From a virus (Duplodnaviria > Caudoviricetes), in IMG/VR virus record IMGVR_UViG_2706795719_000001, positions 97,990-161,989 of that record: 64,000 nucleotides of DNA. One strand, given 5' to 3'. The position numbers and the translations under genes were made by a program. Shown here piece by piece: positions 28,443 to 36,974 of the stretch; the first letter of the stretch is position 1; every line of letters starts with the position of its first letter. The notes beneath the pieces are model-generated. The model was not told where the DNA came from. It made no database searches and worked only from the letters and a program-made list of their open reading frames with translations.

Positions 28443-28515
28443 ATAATATCCTTTTTTAAAAGAGAAGTAAATACTTATTTTCAATAAAAACAAAAAAGGA
28501 GACCGAAGTCTCCTT
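28443..28515 (-). repeat. terminator + early-promoter cassette, copy 2
   Basis: gtaaatacttattttcaataaaaacaaaaaaggagaccgaagtctcctt. Confidence 0.9.
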
Positions 28516-28519
28516 AAAT

Positions 28520-28654
28520 TTATTTCTTGTTACCAAGGTTAGCTAAAAACTTAGCTCGGCCATTTTCTTGTCGTTTAACAAATCCAACCAATTTATCTAA
28601 GTCTTGGTTAATGCGTTTATTCGTTTTTCGTTTGTAACCTTTACGTGCAGACAT
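28520..28654 (-). CDS. 30.9: gp30.9-like basic protein (44 aa, not in ORF track)
   Basis: MSARKGYKRKTNKRINQ matches the GYKR..N.RINQ motif; downstream of rIII. Confidence 0.75.
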   Translation of the reverse strand: MSARKGYKRKTNKRINQDLDKLVGFVKRQENGRAKFLANLGNKK

Positions 28655-28663
28655 AATAATTCC

Positions 28664-28909
28664 TTATTTCAATGTAACAATATAATGACGAACAGCTTTA
28701 CGGGCATTGGAACTTAAATGCTTAGCATATTTTAAATTATCGTTTTCTAAAAGCTCTTGATGAAGAGATTTTTGAGCCGGATTTAAATGTTTAAAACCTT
28801 CAAGAACTTTTAGTGCTTCAGCCAGAACATCAATTGATGCTCCATAATTTTCATGGCCATTTTGAAAAGAATTACGTTGGATATCTAAAATTGTTTTTAC
28901 AAAAGTCAT
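28664..28909 (-). CDS. rIII: lysis inhibition accessory protein RIII
   Basis: NGHENYGASIDV.AEAL..L.GFKHLNPAQ, ARKAVRH. Confidence 0.95.
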   Translation of the reverse strand: MTFVKTILDIQRNSFQNGHENYGASIDVLAEALKVLEGFKHLNPAQKSLHQELLENDNLKYAKHLSSNARKAVRHYIVTLK

Positions 28910-28981
28910 AAGTGCCTCAAAAATGCGAGGTTAATATTTAGTGGTCTAATTGACCACCGTTTAGAACATTAGTTCATATAC

Positions 28982-29305
28982 TTATTTATACACTGCTGCG
29001 ATTGACCTGTAATGGGCCGTAATAAATTTTTGGTCTAATTCTTTAGCTTTTTTATTATTAAAAACTGTTTCTGGGTGAGGGACATTACGCATATTACCAT
29101 TTGGTAAAGGCACAACGTCACCAATTTCAAAATAACCTTTAGGAACACTATCGCCGATAGAATAAATTTCACCCAATTGTGGGATTTCTCCTTCAGCCCG
29201 TTGAGTTGAAATAATAATACCACTAGAAGATCGTTCTTCTGTTCCTGCAGATTTAGCAATTGCCGTGATAACAACGGATTCGCCAAGAGCTTTAATATCT
29301 TTCAT
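28982..29305 (-). CDS. 31: co-chaperonin gp31 (GroES-like)
   Basis: IKALGE.VVI, GEIP..G, NVPHP, HY..I.AVYK. Confidence 0.95.
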   Translation of the reverse strand: MKDIKALGESVVITAIAKSAGTEERSSSGIIISTQRAEGEIPQLGEIYSIGDSVPKGYFEIGDVVPLPNGNMRNVPHPETVFNNKKAKELDQKFITAHYRSIAAVYK

Positions 29306-29622
29306 TAAACCAACCTTAAAATTTCTTCATACAACATAGAATTAACAGAAATAATATTTTCAGTAATAATAGAACGCCATGCATTAATTTCGGTATCAAA
29401 TACACGAATATAACTTGGAGTTTTAGTTTCTTTTTCTGTTAACAGTTTTGAATCATCTTGTTTAGGATGATATTCTGTAGGAATAATATCATAATCTAAC
29501 GTACAGCGAATAACACGAACTGAATTATCTTTTTTCTTAAAAACTATTTCGTTTTTACCATTATGTAATAACGTACGAATTAACGCATTTAATTTAGTTT
29601 TTCTTTCTTCTGTAAGTTTCAT
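29305..29622 (-). CDS. 31.1: gp31.1-like SH3 beta-barrel protein
   Basis: IVF.K.D.SVR....TLD, VFDTE..AWRS. Confidence 0.8.
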   Translation of the reverse strand: MKLTEERKTKLNALIRTLLHNGKNEIVFKKKDNSVRVIRCTLDYDIIPTEYHPKQDDSKLLTEKETKTPSYIRVFDTEINAWRSIITENIISVNSMLYEEILRLV

Positions 29623-30173
29623 TTTACACCACAATAGTTAGTTATAGTAGACCAATCAATATGATTAAGATTAGAACGTTCGTATTTAATAACTTCAATG
29701 CCTGAATCTAATAGAATTTTGTCCCAACCGGGAACATTTCGGTCATATGTTTCTGCATACACGAGTTTTTTAATACCTGATTGGGCAATTGCTTTAGCAC
29801 AGTCAGGGCAAGGGGATAATGTCACATACATAGTCCCACCATCAATAGAAATACCGTTTCGAGCAGCAAAAATAATAGCATTTAATTCTGCATGGATTTC
29901 ATGTTTAGAAGACCAATCATTATGATGTTCACGGAATTCCATATTTAACCCGGTTATAGATTTTGGTCGAGAACCACCATTAATAATTAAAGGCTTAGTC
30001 CAACCCTGGTCATGTGCATGGTCACAACAGTTAATACCACCCGTAGGAGAACCGTTATATCCAGTGGAAATAATTCTTCCACCCTTTTCAATTACCGCAC
30101 CTACTTTCCAAGATACACATTTAGATTCTTGAGAAATAATATATGCTAATTGTAAATACGTGGAAGCTTTCAT
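29619..30173 (-). CDS. cd: dCMP deaminase
   Basis: MKASTYLQ, HAELNAI, SPCPDC. Confidence 0.97.
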   Translation of the reverse strand: MKASTYLQLAYIISQESKCVSWKVGAVIEKGGRIISTGYNGSPTGGINCCDHAHDQGWTKPLIINGGSRPKSITGLNMEFREHHNDWSSKHEIHAELNAIIFAARNGISIDGGTMYVTLSPCPDCAKAIAQSGIKKLVYAETYDRNVPGWDKILLDSGIEVIKYERSNLNHIDWSTITNYCGVK

Positions 30174-30457
30174 TAATATTTTCCTGTATATTCTAATAAT
30201 TTTGATGGTGTTTGAACAACGACTTCAAACATACAAATAGTTGGATTAAATTCAACTGAAACTATATATCTGGTTTTATATTCCGGGTCCATTAACCCAA
30301 TTAAATCCCAAATATTATCTTTTAAATCAATTCTATGCCATTGAGAAGCAACTTCAAACATATTATTTATATGCCACTGCTCAATATATAATCTTAGCAT
30401 TTCATCTAGATTTTCTGGTGAAGTATGATTTAAATGTTTTTTAACTTCAAATTTCAT
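30173..30457 (-). CDS. hypothetical protein
   Basis: TAATG-coupled ORF. Confidence 0.65.
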   Translation of the reverse strand: MKFEVKKHLNHTSPENLDEMLRLYIEQWHINNMFEVASQWHRIDLKDNIWDLIGLMDPEYKTRYIVSVEFNPTICMFEVVVQTPSKLLEYTGKY

Positions 30458-30732
30458 TAATGTTTTCCTACTAAGTTAAAATAAACTAGATATATTGTAT
30501 TACGTGTTTTTACAAGAGCAGATTTATCATTAATCATTTCAAAACTTTTAATAGTAGAAGTTGTGACATAAGAACCATTATAAAATCTTTTCTTTTTGTC
30601 GTCACTAATATATCCTGTTAATGAAAAACTACCATTTACAGATTGATTTAAAAATTCTTTAATTTCGTCTACAGTTTCAAAAGTATATACAACATCTAAA
30701 ACTGCATCATATTGAATATCTTTATTAATCAT
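30457..30732 (-). CDS. hypothetical protein
   Basis: G.I..D.KKRF.NG..V.TS...TRNT.Y phage motif; start moved to MINKD. Confidence 0.7.
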   Translation of the reverse strand: MINKDIQYDAVLDVVYTFETVDEIKEFLNQSVNGSFSLTGYISDDKKKRFYNGSYVTTSTIKSFEMINDKSALVKTRNTIYLVYFNLVGKH

Positions 30733-31703
30733 TATAATTCCATAATTAAATTTGTTGTGTCTAATATACCAATACATGGGTCCGTAATAGATACACCCCA
30801 TAAAAGATTTTTTGATATCTTTTGATTACCTTCTTCTAAATTGCTTTCAATCATAAGGCCAAAAGTATTTTTAGACTTAATTGCTTCTTTAGCAACTTCA
30901 ATTTGCTTTTTAAAATCACCTTCACAATTAGAATGAGAACAATCGACCATTACAGGAATATCTAAACTGTCAATATATTCTTTAGAATAATTTGTTTTAT
31001 ATTCTTTGCCAATTTTGCCACCACGTAAGATAACATGGGTGTTTTGATTACCATTGGCATAAATTTTACTAATTACACCATTCATATCAATACCTAAATA
31101 TGAATGTGGAAATGCTGCGCTTTTAATAGCATCTAAAGCAACTTGAATATCACCTGAAGTAGAATTTTTGAATCCAACAGCCATAGGTAATCCTGAAGCA
31201 ATTTCACGATGGGTCTGTGATTCTGTAGTACGAGCACCAATAGCGACCCAACTAAAAATACCTGATAGATACTTAATAGTAAATGGGTCCAAGACCTCTG
31301 TCGCCAAAGGAAGTCCAAGATTCAATAGTTCTAAACAGAGATGGCGGGCAATTCTTAACCCTTCATCAATATTAAAAGAACCATTTAATTCTGGGTCGTT
31401 GACTAGGCCTTTCCAACCTACAGTTGTGCGTGGTTTTTCAAAATAAACCCGCATAACCAATAGATATTTGTCAGAAACATGTTTTTGTAATTCTTTAAGA
31501 TATTTTCCATAAGTAATAGCTTGTCCAGGGTCATGAATAGAACATGGGCCGACAACAATTAATTTTTTATTACTTTTACCCGAAATAATATCTTTAATTA
31601 AATTACGATGACTTTCTACTTGTCTAGATAATTCAGGAGAAATAGGTAGGTCATAATGTAATTCTTGTGGAGTACTAATAGTTTTAACGTGCATGGATAT
31701 CAT
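30732..31703 (-). CDS. class I DAHP synthase (AroF/G/H-like)
   Basis: VGPCSIHD, RVYFEKPRTTVGWKG, IGARTTESQTHRE, DCSH.N, SITDPC. Confidence 0.95.
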   Translation of the reverse strand: MISMHVKTISTPQELHYDLPISPELSRQVESHRNLIKDIISGKSNKKLIVVGPCSIHDPGQAITYGKYLKELQKHVSDKYLLVMRVYFEKPRTTVGWKGLVNDPELNGSFNIDEGLRIARHLCLELLNLGLPLATEVLDPFTIKYLSGIFSWVAIGARTTESQTHREIASGLPMAVGFKNSTSGDIQVALDAIKSAAFPHSYLGIDMNGVISKIYANGNQNTHVILRGGKIGKEYKTNYSKEYIDSLDIPVMVDCSHSNCEGDFKKQIEVAKEAIKSKNTFGLMIESNLEEGNQKISKNLLWGVSITDPCIGILDTTNLIMEL

Positions 31704-31938
31704 ATTCCTCTGAATGGATTAGATGAGTATCATCTTCATCCTTTACCCATAATTTTAAACTAAAAATCCCTTGTTTGCACTTAACTTCCCAAAGAACATC
31801 AGATTTAAATAAGGTTTTAAAAATACGAGTAACTTGATAGATAATAGCTTCATCGGTATAAGCATAATCCGAACACATAGAAATAACACCTTGTGCTAAA
31901 TCAGATAATGACAATTGCTTAGGAACTTTATACATCAT
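31684..31938 (-). CDS. hypothetical protein
   Basis: start moved to MMYKV (GGAG SD). Confidence 0.6.
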   Translation of the reverse strand: MMYKVPKQLSLSDLAQGVISMCSDYAYTDEAIIYQVTRIFKTLFKSDVLWEVKCKQGIFSLKLWVKDEDDTHLIHSEEYDIHAR

Positions 31939-32137
31939 AACATTTTCTCCAATCAACATTTCCATCAGGATAAAGTCCAATAATATAATAATCATTGCCT
32001 TTATTAGTTTCAATTGTAACTAAGACTTCTTTAATAAATCCAGAATTAATTGTTTGGGTTGAATTTAAATACACAACAGAACCTTCAATTTTTTCTGAAA
32101 GGGTCTTTGCCAAAGTATGGACTTTATCTTTAAACAT
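31928..32137 (-). CDS. hypothetical protein
   Basis: ORF with AGGA SD. Confidence 0.6.
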   Translation of the reverse strand: MFKDKVHTLAKTLSEKIEGSVVYLNSTQTINSGFIKEVLVTIETNKGNDYYIIGLYPDGNVDWRKCYDV

Positions 32138-32145
32138 ATTCTTTC

Positions 32146-32340
32146 CTATAATGAAACAAATACTTTTCTAATTTCGTGGCCAGGCCCATATCTATTTTCT
32201 ATTGCTATTTTTGCTTTTTCATATGTTTTATATAGGCATAAACATTCTTCTTTCCACTGTTTAGAAAATAAGCCACCATGGTTTATTAATATTCCTTGAA
32301 AGGCTAAAGTATTTTTACGAAAAACCGCATAAAATTCCAT
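32146..32340 (-). CDS. hypothetical protein
   Basis: TAATG-coupled to pseT. Confidence 0.6.
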   Translation of the reverse strand: MEFYAVFRKNTLAFQGILINHGGLFSKQWKEECLCLYKTYEKAKIAIENRYGPGHEIRKVFVSL

Positions 32341-33338
32341 TAAAAGTCCCCTCTCGAAACTTGCCAACATTCCAATCCCAAGATTCGCCACATATCAACA
32401 ACTTGTTGACGATCATCTAGTACATAAAGAACATTATACCTATTTGCAATGTGTTTGTAAAACAATTCTTTCTTAACAATAGAATCTTTTCGATGATCTT
32501 TGTGTTCACGCATAATTAACTTAGAATACTTCACATTGTGCTTGTTAAGCCATTTTTTGGTCCCAATACGATGCTCTTGTTCTTCGCCTTCTTCACGTCC
32601 GGAAGTCAAAAGAACCTCAACACCCATATCATACATCATATTTACATGATTAATAACATTCTGGCGGGGTTTGTCTTTATATAGCTTATAAAGGTCATAA
32701 GGGCTTCTATGATTATTATCGGCAATAGTTCCATCGATATCAACAATAATTGCTTTAGGCAGTTCTAAAGTTTTCGACCAATCAGGAACACCATGTAAAT
32801 AATGTTGCATTTTTTCGTAAAATGAATAAATCACAGCAGGAGGAACAGCAGCTTCACCACGATAAAGATTACGTTTATATAATGTTTCTAGATCTTCGTC
32901 GAATGGGACATAATTAATTTGACAATTGAATGAAGATGCAAAGTCTTCCCATTTAGTCCGTGTTTTAGGATTTAAGTTTGTATCGGAAATAATGACAATG
33001 CGATTACCAGGTTGGTTTAGCCATTTTAGTGCAAGAAGTTGTTGTTTGTCTGTGACTTGTTCTTCACGTTGTCTTGTCGGTTTATATTCATTACGTTTAC
33101 AATCAAAAATTTCACAACGTAAGTTATCTCTATTAAGATCTAAAACAACTTCAGGATTAGCATCAACCATTTCTTTGGCCCAGGTACTTTTACCAGAACC
33201 AGGAGCACCAACAGTCATAATAACTTGTTTAACGAATTCGTCTTTAGGCTTAGATTTGTCATAACCCAAATAATCTAAGGTCTTTTGGTCTTCAATATTA
33301 ACCCAAATAATCTCATTGCTTTGTTCTGGTACAAACAT
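32340..33338 (-). CDS. pseT: polynucleotide 5'-kinase / 3'-phosphatase
   Basis: GAPGSGKSTWA P-loop, DTNLN, DIDGT, DDRQQVV. Confidence 0.96.
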   Translation of the reverse strand: MFVPEQSNEIIWVNIEDQKTLDYLGYDKSKPKDEFVKQVIMTVGAPGSGKSTWAKEMVDANPEVVLDLNRDNLRCEIFDCKRNEYKPTRQREEQVTDKQQLLALKWLNQPGNRIVIISDTNLNPKTRTKWEDFASSFNCQINYVPFDEDLETLYKRNLYRGEAAVPPAVIYSFYEKMQHYLHGVPDWSKTLELPKAIIVDIDGTIADNNHRSPYDLYKLYKDKPRQNVINHVNMMYDMGVEVLLTSGREEGEEQEHRIGTKKWLNKHNVKYSKLIMREHKDHRKDSIVKKELFYKHIANRYNVLYVLDDRQQVVDMWRILGLECWQVSRGDF

Positions 33339-33347
33339 AATAAATCC

Positions 33348-33527
33348 TTATTTAATCAAGGTTGCCATAAATGTTAAAAATTGTCCACGAACAGAATCCT
33401 GGTCACGAGATATTTGTGCATTCTGGGTAGGACTATAATCAGATTCTGATTCAGTTCTTAAACAATATCCTAGAGTTTCATATTCTCTAAAAAGCTTATA
33501 TAATGTGTCATATTGTTCTTGGGTCAT
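33348..33527 (-). CDS. 59-aa hypothetical protein, PseT.1 position (not in ORF track)
   Basis: hand-translated MTQEQYDTLYKLFREYE...; AAGGA SD, ATGA overlap. Confidence 0.65.
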   Translation of the reverse strand: MTQEQYDTLYKLFREYETLGYCLRTESESDYSPTQNAQISRDQDSVRGQFLTFMATLIK

Positions 33528-34228
33528 TTTATGTCCTTTTCAATAGTTTCGATAGTTAAATAAACTTTGGATTTAATTGGCGTAACTGTTTTACCGGCCT
33601 TTTTAAATAATTTTGTTGCTTGGTCCGGGTCTGTTTTATATAGATTCTTGGCTTCTTCTTTAATTAAAGTAGCTTCTTCTACGGCAGACATAAGCTCTTT
33701 AATTTGACGACGAAGAACTTCGATATCAGAATCAGGATTATGAGGAACAAAGTCATCTTTTAAAACCATAAATTTACCCCAGTGGGACTTTTCTATTAAA
33801 GGATGACATAAAACGATATCTTTCTCAATCAATTTATTATCGTATGAATTAATATATTGTACAACTACCTTATCAATAAAAGGATCCTTAGGATTTTCTA
33901 ATATAAAAACCGGTTTATATTTCGGGTCTGATCCTTTAGAAGAATTAAATTTTAAGTATTGTTTTAATTCTGTATCACGAATTCCTTCAATATAAGAAGC
34001 ATCATTTACTACATACTCTGGTAAAATTTCAGCACCAATGTATCCAATATCTACACTTATGTGGTTTCGTGACAATGATGCTAAAGGTGTATTAAACCCT
34101 GTCATACCAACAAATTCAGAATATTTAATCATTATCGAACCATCTTCAAGAGTGGCATTAACAATAACAGGGAAATCTAAATTTTTAATAGAACGATATC
34201 CACAACTGTTTAATAATTTAACTTTCAT
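33524..34228 (-). CDS. hypothetical protein
   Basis: 234-aa coupled ORF. Confidence 0.7.
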   Translation of the reverse strand: MKVKLLNSCGYRSIKNLDFPVIVNATLEDGSIMIKYSEFVGMTGFNTPLASLSRNHISVDIGYIGAEILPEYVVNDASYIEGIRDTELKQYLKFNSSKGSDPKYKPVFILENPKDPFIDKVVVQYINSYDNKLIEKDIVLCHPLIEKSHWGKFMVLKDDFVPHNPDSDIEVLRRQIKELMSAVEEATLIKEEAKNLYKTDPDQATKLFKKAGKTVTPIKSKVYLTIETIEKDIK

Positions 34229-34514
34229 TTAATTTCTCACATTTAGGTTCATTTAACTCAACACGATAATAACATACCATAGTTTTCATTTGTTGTAAAT
34301 ATCTTTTTACGTCTTCAAGCCAAATTCTTAAATCTTGAGATTCTTTATAAGATAAAGCAACTTGTGGACCTTCTTGATTAATCACTTTCCAATTGACATC
34401 TATTGGAGATACCGGAGCAGGCCATTGTGGATGAATTTTTGGTACTTCAGGACTCACAGGAACAACGCTAGCGCATCCGGTTAATAACATAATAGGAATT
34501 ATCAACTTTTTCAT
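34218..34514 (-). CDS. pseT.2: outer-membrane spanin (o-spanin)
   Basis: lipobox LLTGC; HP.WP, DVKRY, CYYR..L.E..C. Confidence 0.9.
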   Translation of the reverse strand: MKKLIIPIMLLTGCASVVPVSPEVPKIHPQWPAPVSPIDVNWKVINQEGPQVALSYKESQDLRIWLEDVKRYLQQMKTMVCYYRVELNEPKCEKLNES

Positions 34515-34873
34515 TGTGTTTCCTCTACTACACTATCTGTGAACTTTTTAAATGAATCATTTATAAGTTTAGATACTAAACCGGGCTTGGCTTCTACAAC
34601 ATGTTCTCTAGAAGCATCCTTCTTTAACTTATAAGAAATAGTATTTGTTTCTGATTGGATAGAAGCAAATTTCTCGTTTAAAGTATTATACTGTTTTATT
34701 TGAGAATCTAATTTTTCTTTATATTGATTAAAAGAGCTTTCTAATTCTGTAAGCTTTTTTTCTGTTTGGTCTAACTTGTCAGAATTAGTAGAATATAAAT
34801 GGTAAAAAATACCATTACTTATTACCAGGACAAAAATCCCAGTAATCATGTATAATTTTGTATTCATCGACAT
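34511..34873 (-). CDS. pseT.3: inner-membrane spanin (i-spanin)
   Basis: N-terminal TM, coiled coil, KPGLV...IN.SF. Confidence 0.9.
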   Translation of the reverse strand: MSMNTKLYMITGIFVLVISNGIFYHLYSTNSDKLDQTEKKLTELESSFNQYKEKLDSQIKQYNTLNEKFASIQSETNTISYKLKKDASREHVVEAKPGLVSKLINDSFKKFTDSVVEETQ

Positions 34874-35364
34874 AACTTAAAAATAGTGTTAATGATATCA
34901 TCAGAAGATAACCCTCTGAATAGAATATGATTTCTTGATGTTGAAGAGCTACAACTAAAAGAGGGTATTTCAGAAGCCATATCATCATAGGTCATATTTT
35001 TATGCATAATACCTAATTGGTGTTTTTCATAAATAGGGTCTACGATAATATAACATTTATGCCCGTTGATATGGACATTAGGCTGGGAAATATTAATAAA
35101 AATTTCTGCACCTGTATTTGCTAGATAACTTTCTAAAAATGATTTCATTTCTTGGACAGCTTCTGGCATTTTTTCACGTCTTTCTTCAGAAATACGGTCA
35201 TTATATTCTTTCTGCTTAGATCGTTTAGAATCATTACGTGATATAGCAGTTCTTAAATCTGAAAGATACCCAACTTTTTTAGAACCTTTGTAAACCCAGA
35301 TACCGTCATGACGATCGCCAAAAGCCGCTACTACAGTTTCGTTTGTAATTTGTTGTAAATCCAT
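34864..35364 (-). CDS. alc: Alc, inhibitor of transcription on cytosine-containing DNA
   Basis: MDLQQITNE, G.RHDGI, FINISQPNVHI. Confidence 0.92.
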   Translation of the reverse strand: MDLQQITNETVVAAFGDRHDGIWVYKGSKKVGYLSDLRTAISRNDSKRSKQKEYNDRISEERREKMPEAVQEMKSFLESYLANTGAEIFINISQPNVHINGHKCYIIVDPIYEKHQLGIMHKNMTYDDMASEIPSFSCSSSTSRNHILFRGLSSDDIINTIFKLCR

Positions 35365-35369
35365 GTTGA

Positions 35370-35422
35370 CCTCTCGTTTTTGATTTTTAATCACTATAAT
35401 ACAAAAACGAGAGGGTGTAAAC
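35370..35422 (-). promoter_or_regulatory. alc early promoter embedded in a 13-bp inverted repeat that covers the SD
   Basis: GTTTAC-18 nt-TATAGT; arms 35370-35382 and 35402-35414. Confidence 0.75.
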
Positions 35423-36540
35423 TACTTTTTATAATTTTCCGGGACAAAATAACTGTAATATTTGACAAAAAGGCTATTTAATACTGAAAGCAATACATCG
35501 TAATCAAACCCGTTATACATTTTCATGTAAGCAGAAAATACTTGTGGTATACCAAGTTTATTAAATTCTGTTTGTCCATTGACAGCATAGTCTTTTCGAT
35601 CTTTACCAAGATTTTGTTCATAAACTTGTTTAATATTTTCTACTTGAGAATGAATAGCCTTAGTATAGACTTCTTCAAAAGTATTAATTTTATCTAAAGC
35701 CACTTGGTCATTAGCAAATAATGATTTTAGATCATCTGAAGTACCTTCTACAATTGCTTTAAAAAGATCTTCATTTGATGTAATAGAATCTTTTGTTCTA
35801 TGTAAAGAAACATAGGCATGGCTTTTTACTTTAAATTTGGTCCCATCTGACATCTGTGCAACTACACCTTCAATGCCTTGTGATTCGTAAACTTTATCAA
35901 CCCAACCTTCTTCAGGTTCATATCTAGTAACAAGAATAGGTTTTAGTTCTTTGATAGAATTTAAATCGTTATAATCAATATATTCACCTGTTTCATTATG
36001 ACGAGCGTTTAATAAAATTAAAGCCGGTTCAGAATAAGAAAGAACAATGCGATTTGTTGGAGCAACATATTCAAAATTGAAAGTATAATCAGGATTATCC
36101 TTAATCACTTTTCTTACATCACTATATGCTTCTGTATTAATCAATTTACAAGCTTCCTGGGCTTGTTCTGATGTCACGGATCCTTTAGATTTTAAATAAA
36201 CAAATCCATCTACAATATAAGAACTAATTAAAGACCCATCTGCTTTATCCATAAGATATTCTACCTTAGAAAGGTCTAAATTCATTGTCATTGGGTTTTC
36301 ATTTAAATTAAAAAATTTCTCCATTGGTCTAGAAAGAATTTTAATTGGATTTCCTTCTTCGTCAATTTCAAACATGATACCACGACATTCTAGTGCATCA
36401 GGTAAAAGCCAATCAGAATATGATGCGTAGTTATAATTAAAAATCCGAGCTTTATTATTTAGACTTAATGACACATCTACATAAAAAAACTTGGTTCTAT
36501 CATACTCGCATAAAGCCATCAAATTGTCAAATAGTTTCAT
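35422..36540 (-). CDS. rnlA: RNA ligase 1 / tail fibre attachment catalyst
   Basis: ALECRGIMFE, RPMEKFFNLNENP, K.DGSL. Confidence 0.96.
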   Translation of the reverse strand: MKLFDNLMALCEYDRTKFFYVDVSLSLNNKARIFNYNYASYSDWLLPDALECRGIMFEIDEEGNPIKILSRPMEKFFNLNENPMTMNLDLSKVEYLMDKADGSLISSYIVDGFVYLKSKGSVTSEQAQEACKLINTEAYSDVRKVIKDNPDYTFNFEYVAPTNRIVLSYSEPALILLNARHNETGEYIDYNDLNSIKELKPILVTRYEPEEGWVDKVYESQGIEGVVAQMSDGTKFKVKSHAYVSLHRTKDSITSNEDLFKAIVEGTSDDLKSLFANDQVALDKINTFEEVYTKAIHSQVENIKQVYEQNLGKDRKDYAVNGQTEFNKLGIPQVFSAYMKMYNGFDYDVLLSVLNSLFVKYYSYFVPENYKK

Positions 36541-36947
36541 TCTTTTTCCTTATGTTGTGTATTCCAATCAGGGTTAAACATTTTAATAAAAATTGGCTCT
36601 TCAAGGTCCATAGTACTTATTTCCATTTGCCCTAAATCATTTTTAGCCACTAAGTCAAAACACTGACGATAATAAAATATTACAGATTTACCTTGATTTA
36701 AAGAATCATAGATATTTTTAGATTTAGTGGAATCTGAAGTCCAAGTTTGCCTGTTCATGGAAGTTCTGTAATAATTTATCCTCTTTCTAAGATTTTTAGT
36801 TTTACCAATGTAAACTAATTGTCCATCAACTTCTATAGCGTATATTACATTTCTTTTTGTTTTAAGCTCTATTGGAATAGGTGATATTTCATTATTGTCT
36901 AAATTGAGCTCTAAATATTTTACAAATCCGAATTGTTTAAATGACAT
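36537..36947 (-). CDS. denA: endonuclease II (GIY-YIG)
   Basis: NVIYAI..VYIGKTKNLRKRINYYRT, EEP.FIK.FNP.WN. Confidence 0.95.
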   Translation of the reverse strand: MSFKQFGFVKYLELNLDNNEISPIPIELKTKRNVIYAIEVDGQLVYIGKTKNLRKRINYYRTSMNRQTWTSDSTKSKNIYDSLNQGKSVIFYYRQCFDLVAKNDLGQMEISTMDLEEPIFIKMFNPDWNTQHKEKE

Positions 36948-36974
36948 ACATATAAAGGGCCGAAGCCCTTCTCC

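Noticed and set aside
28094-28515. Cassette repeats as IS ends or att sites
   Set aside because: Fully explained as terminator plus promoter; no transposase or integrase present
36537-36947. GIY-YIG ORF as a mobile homing endonuclease
   Set aside because: Size, sequence and position match DenA (endonuclease II)
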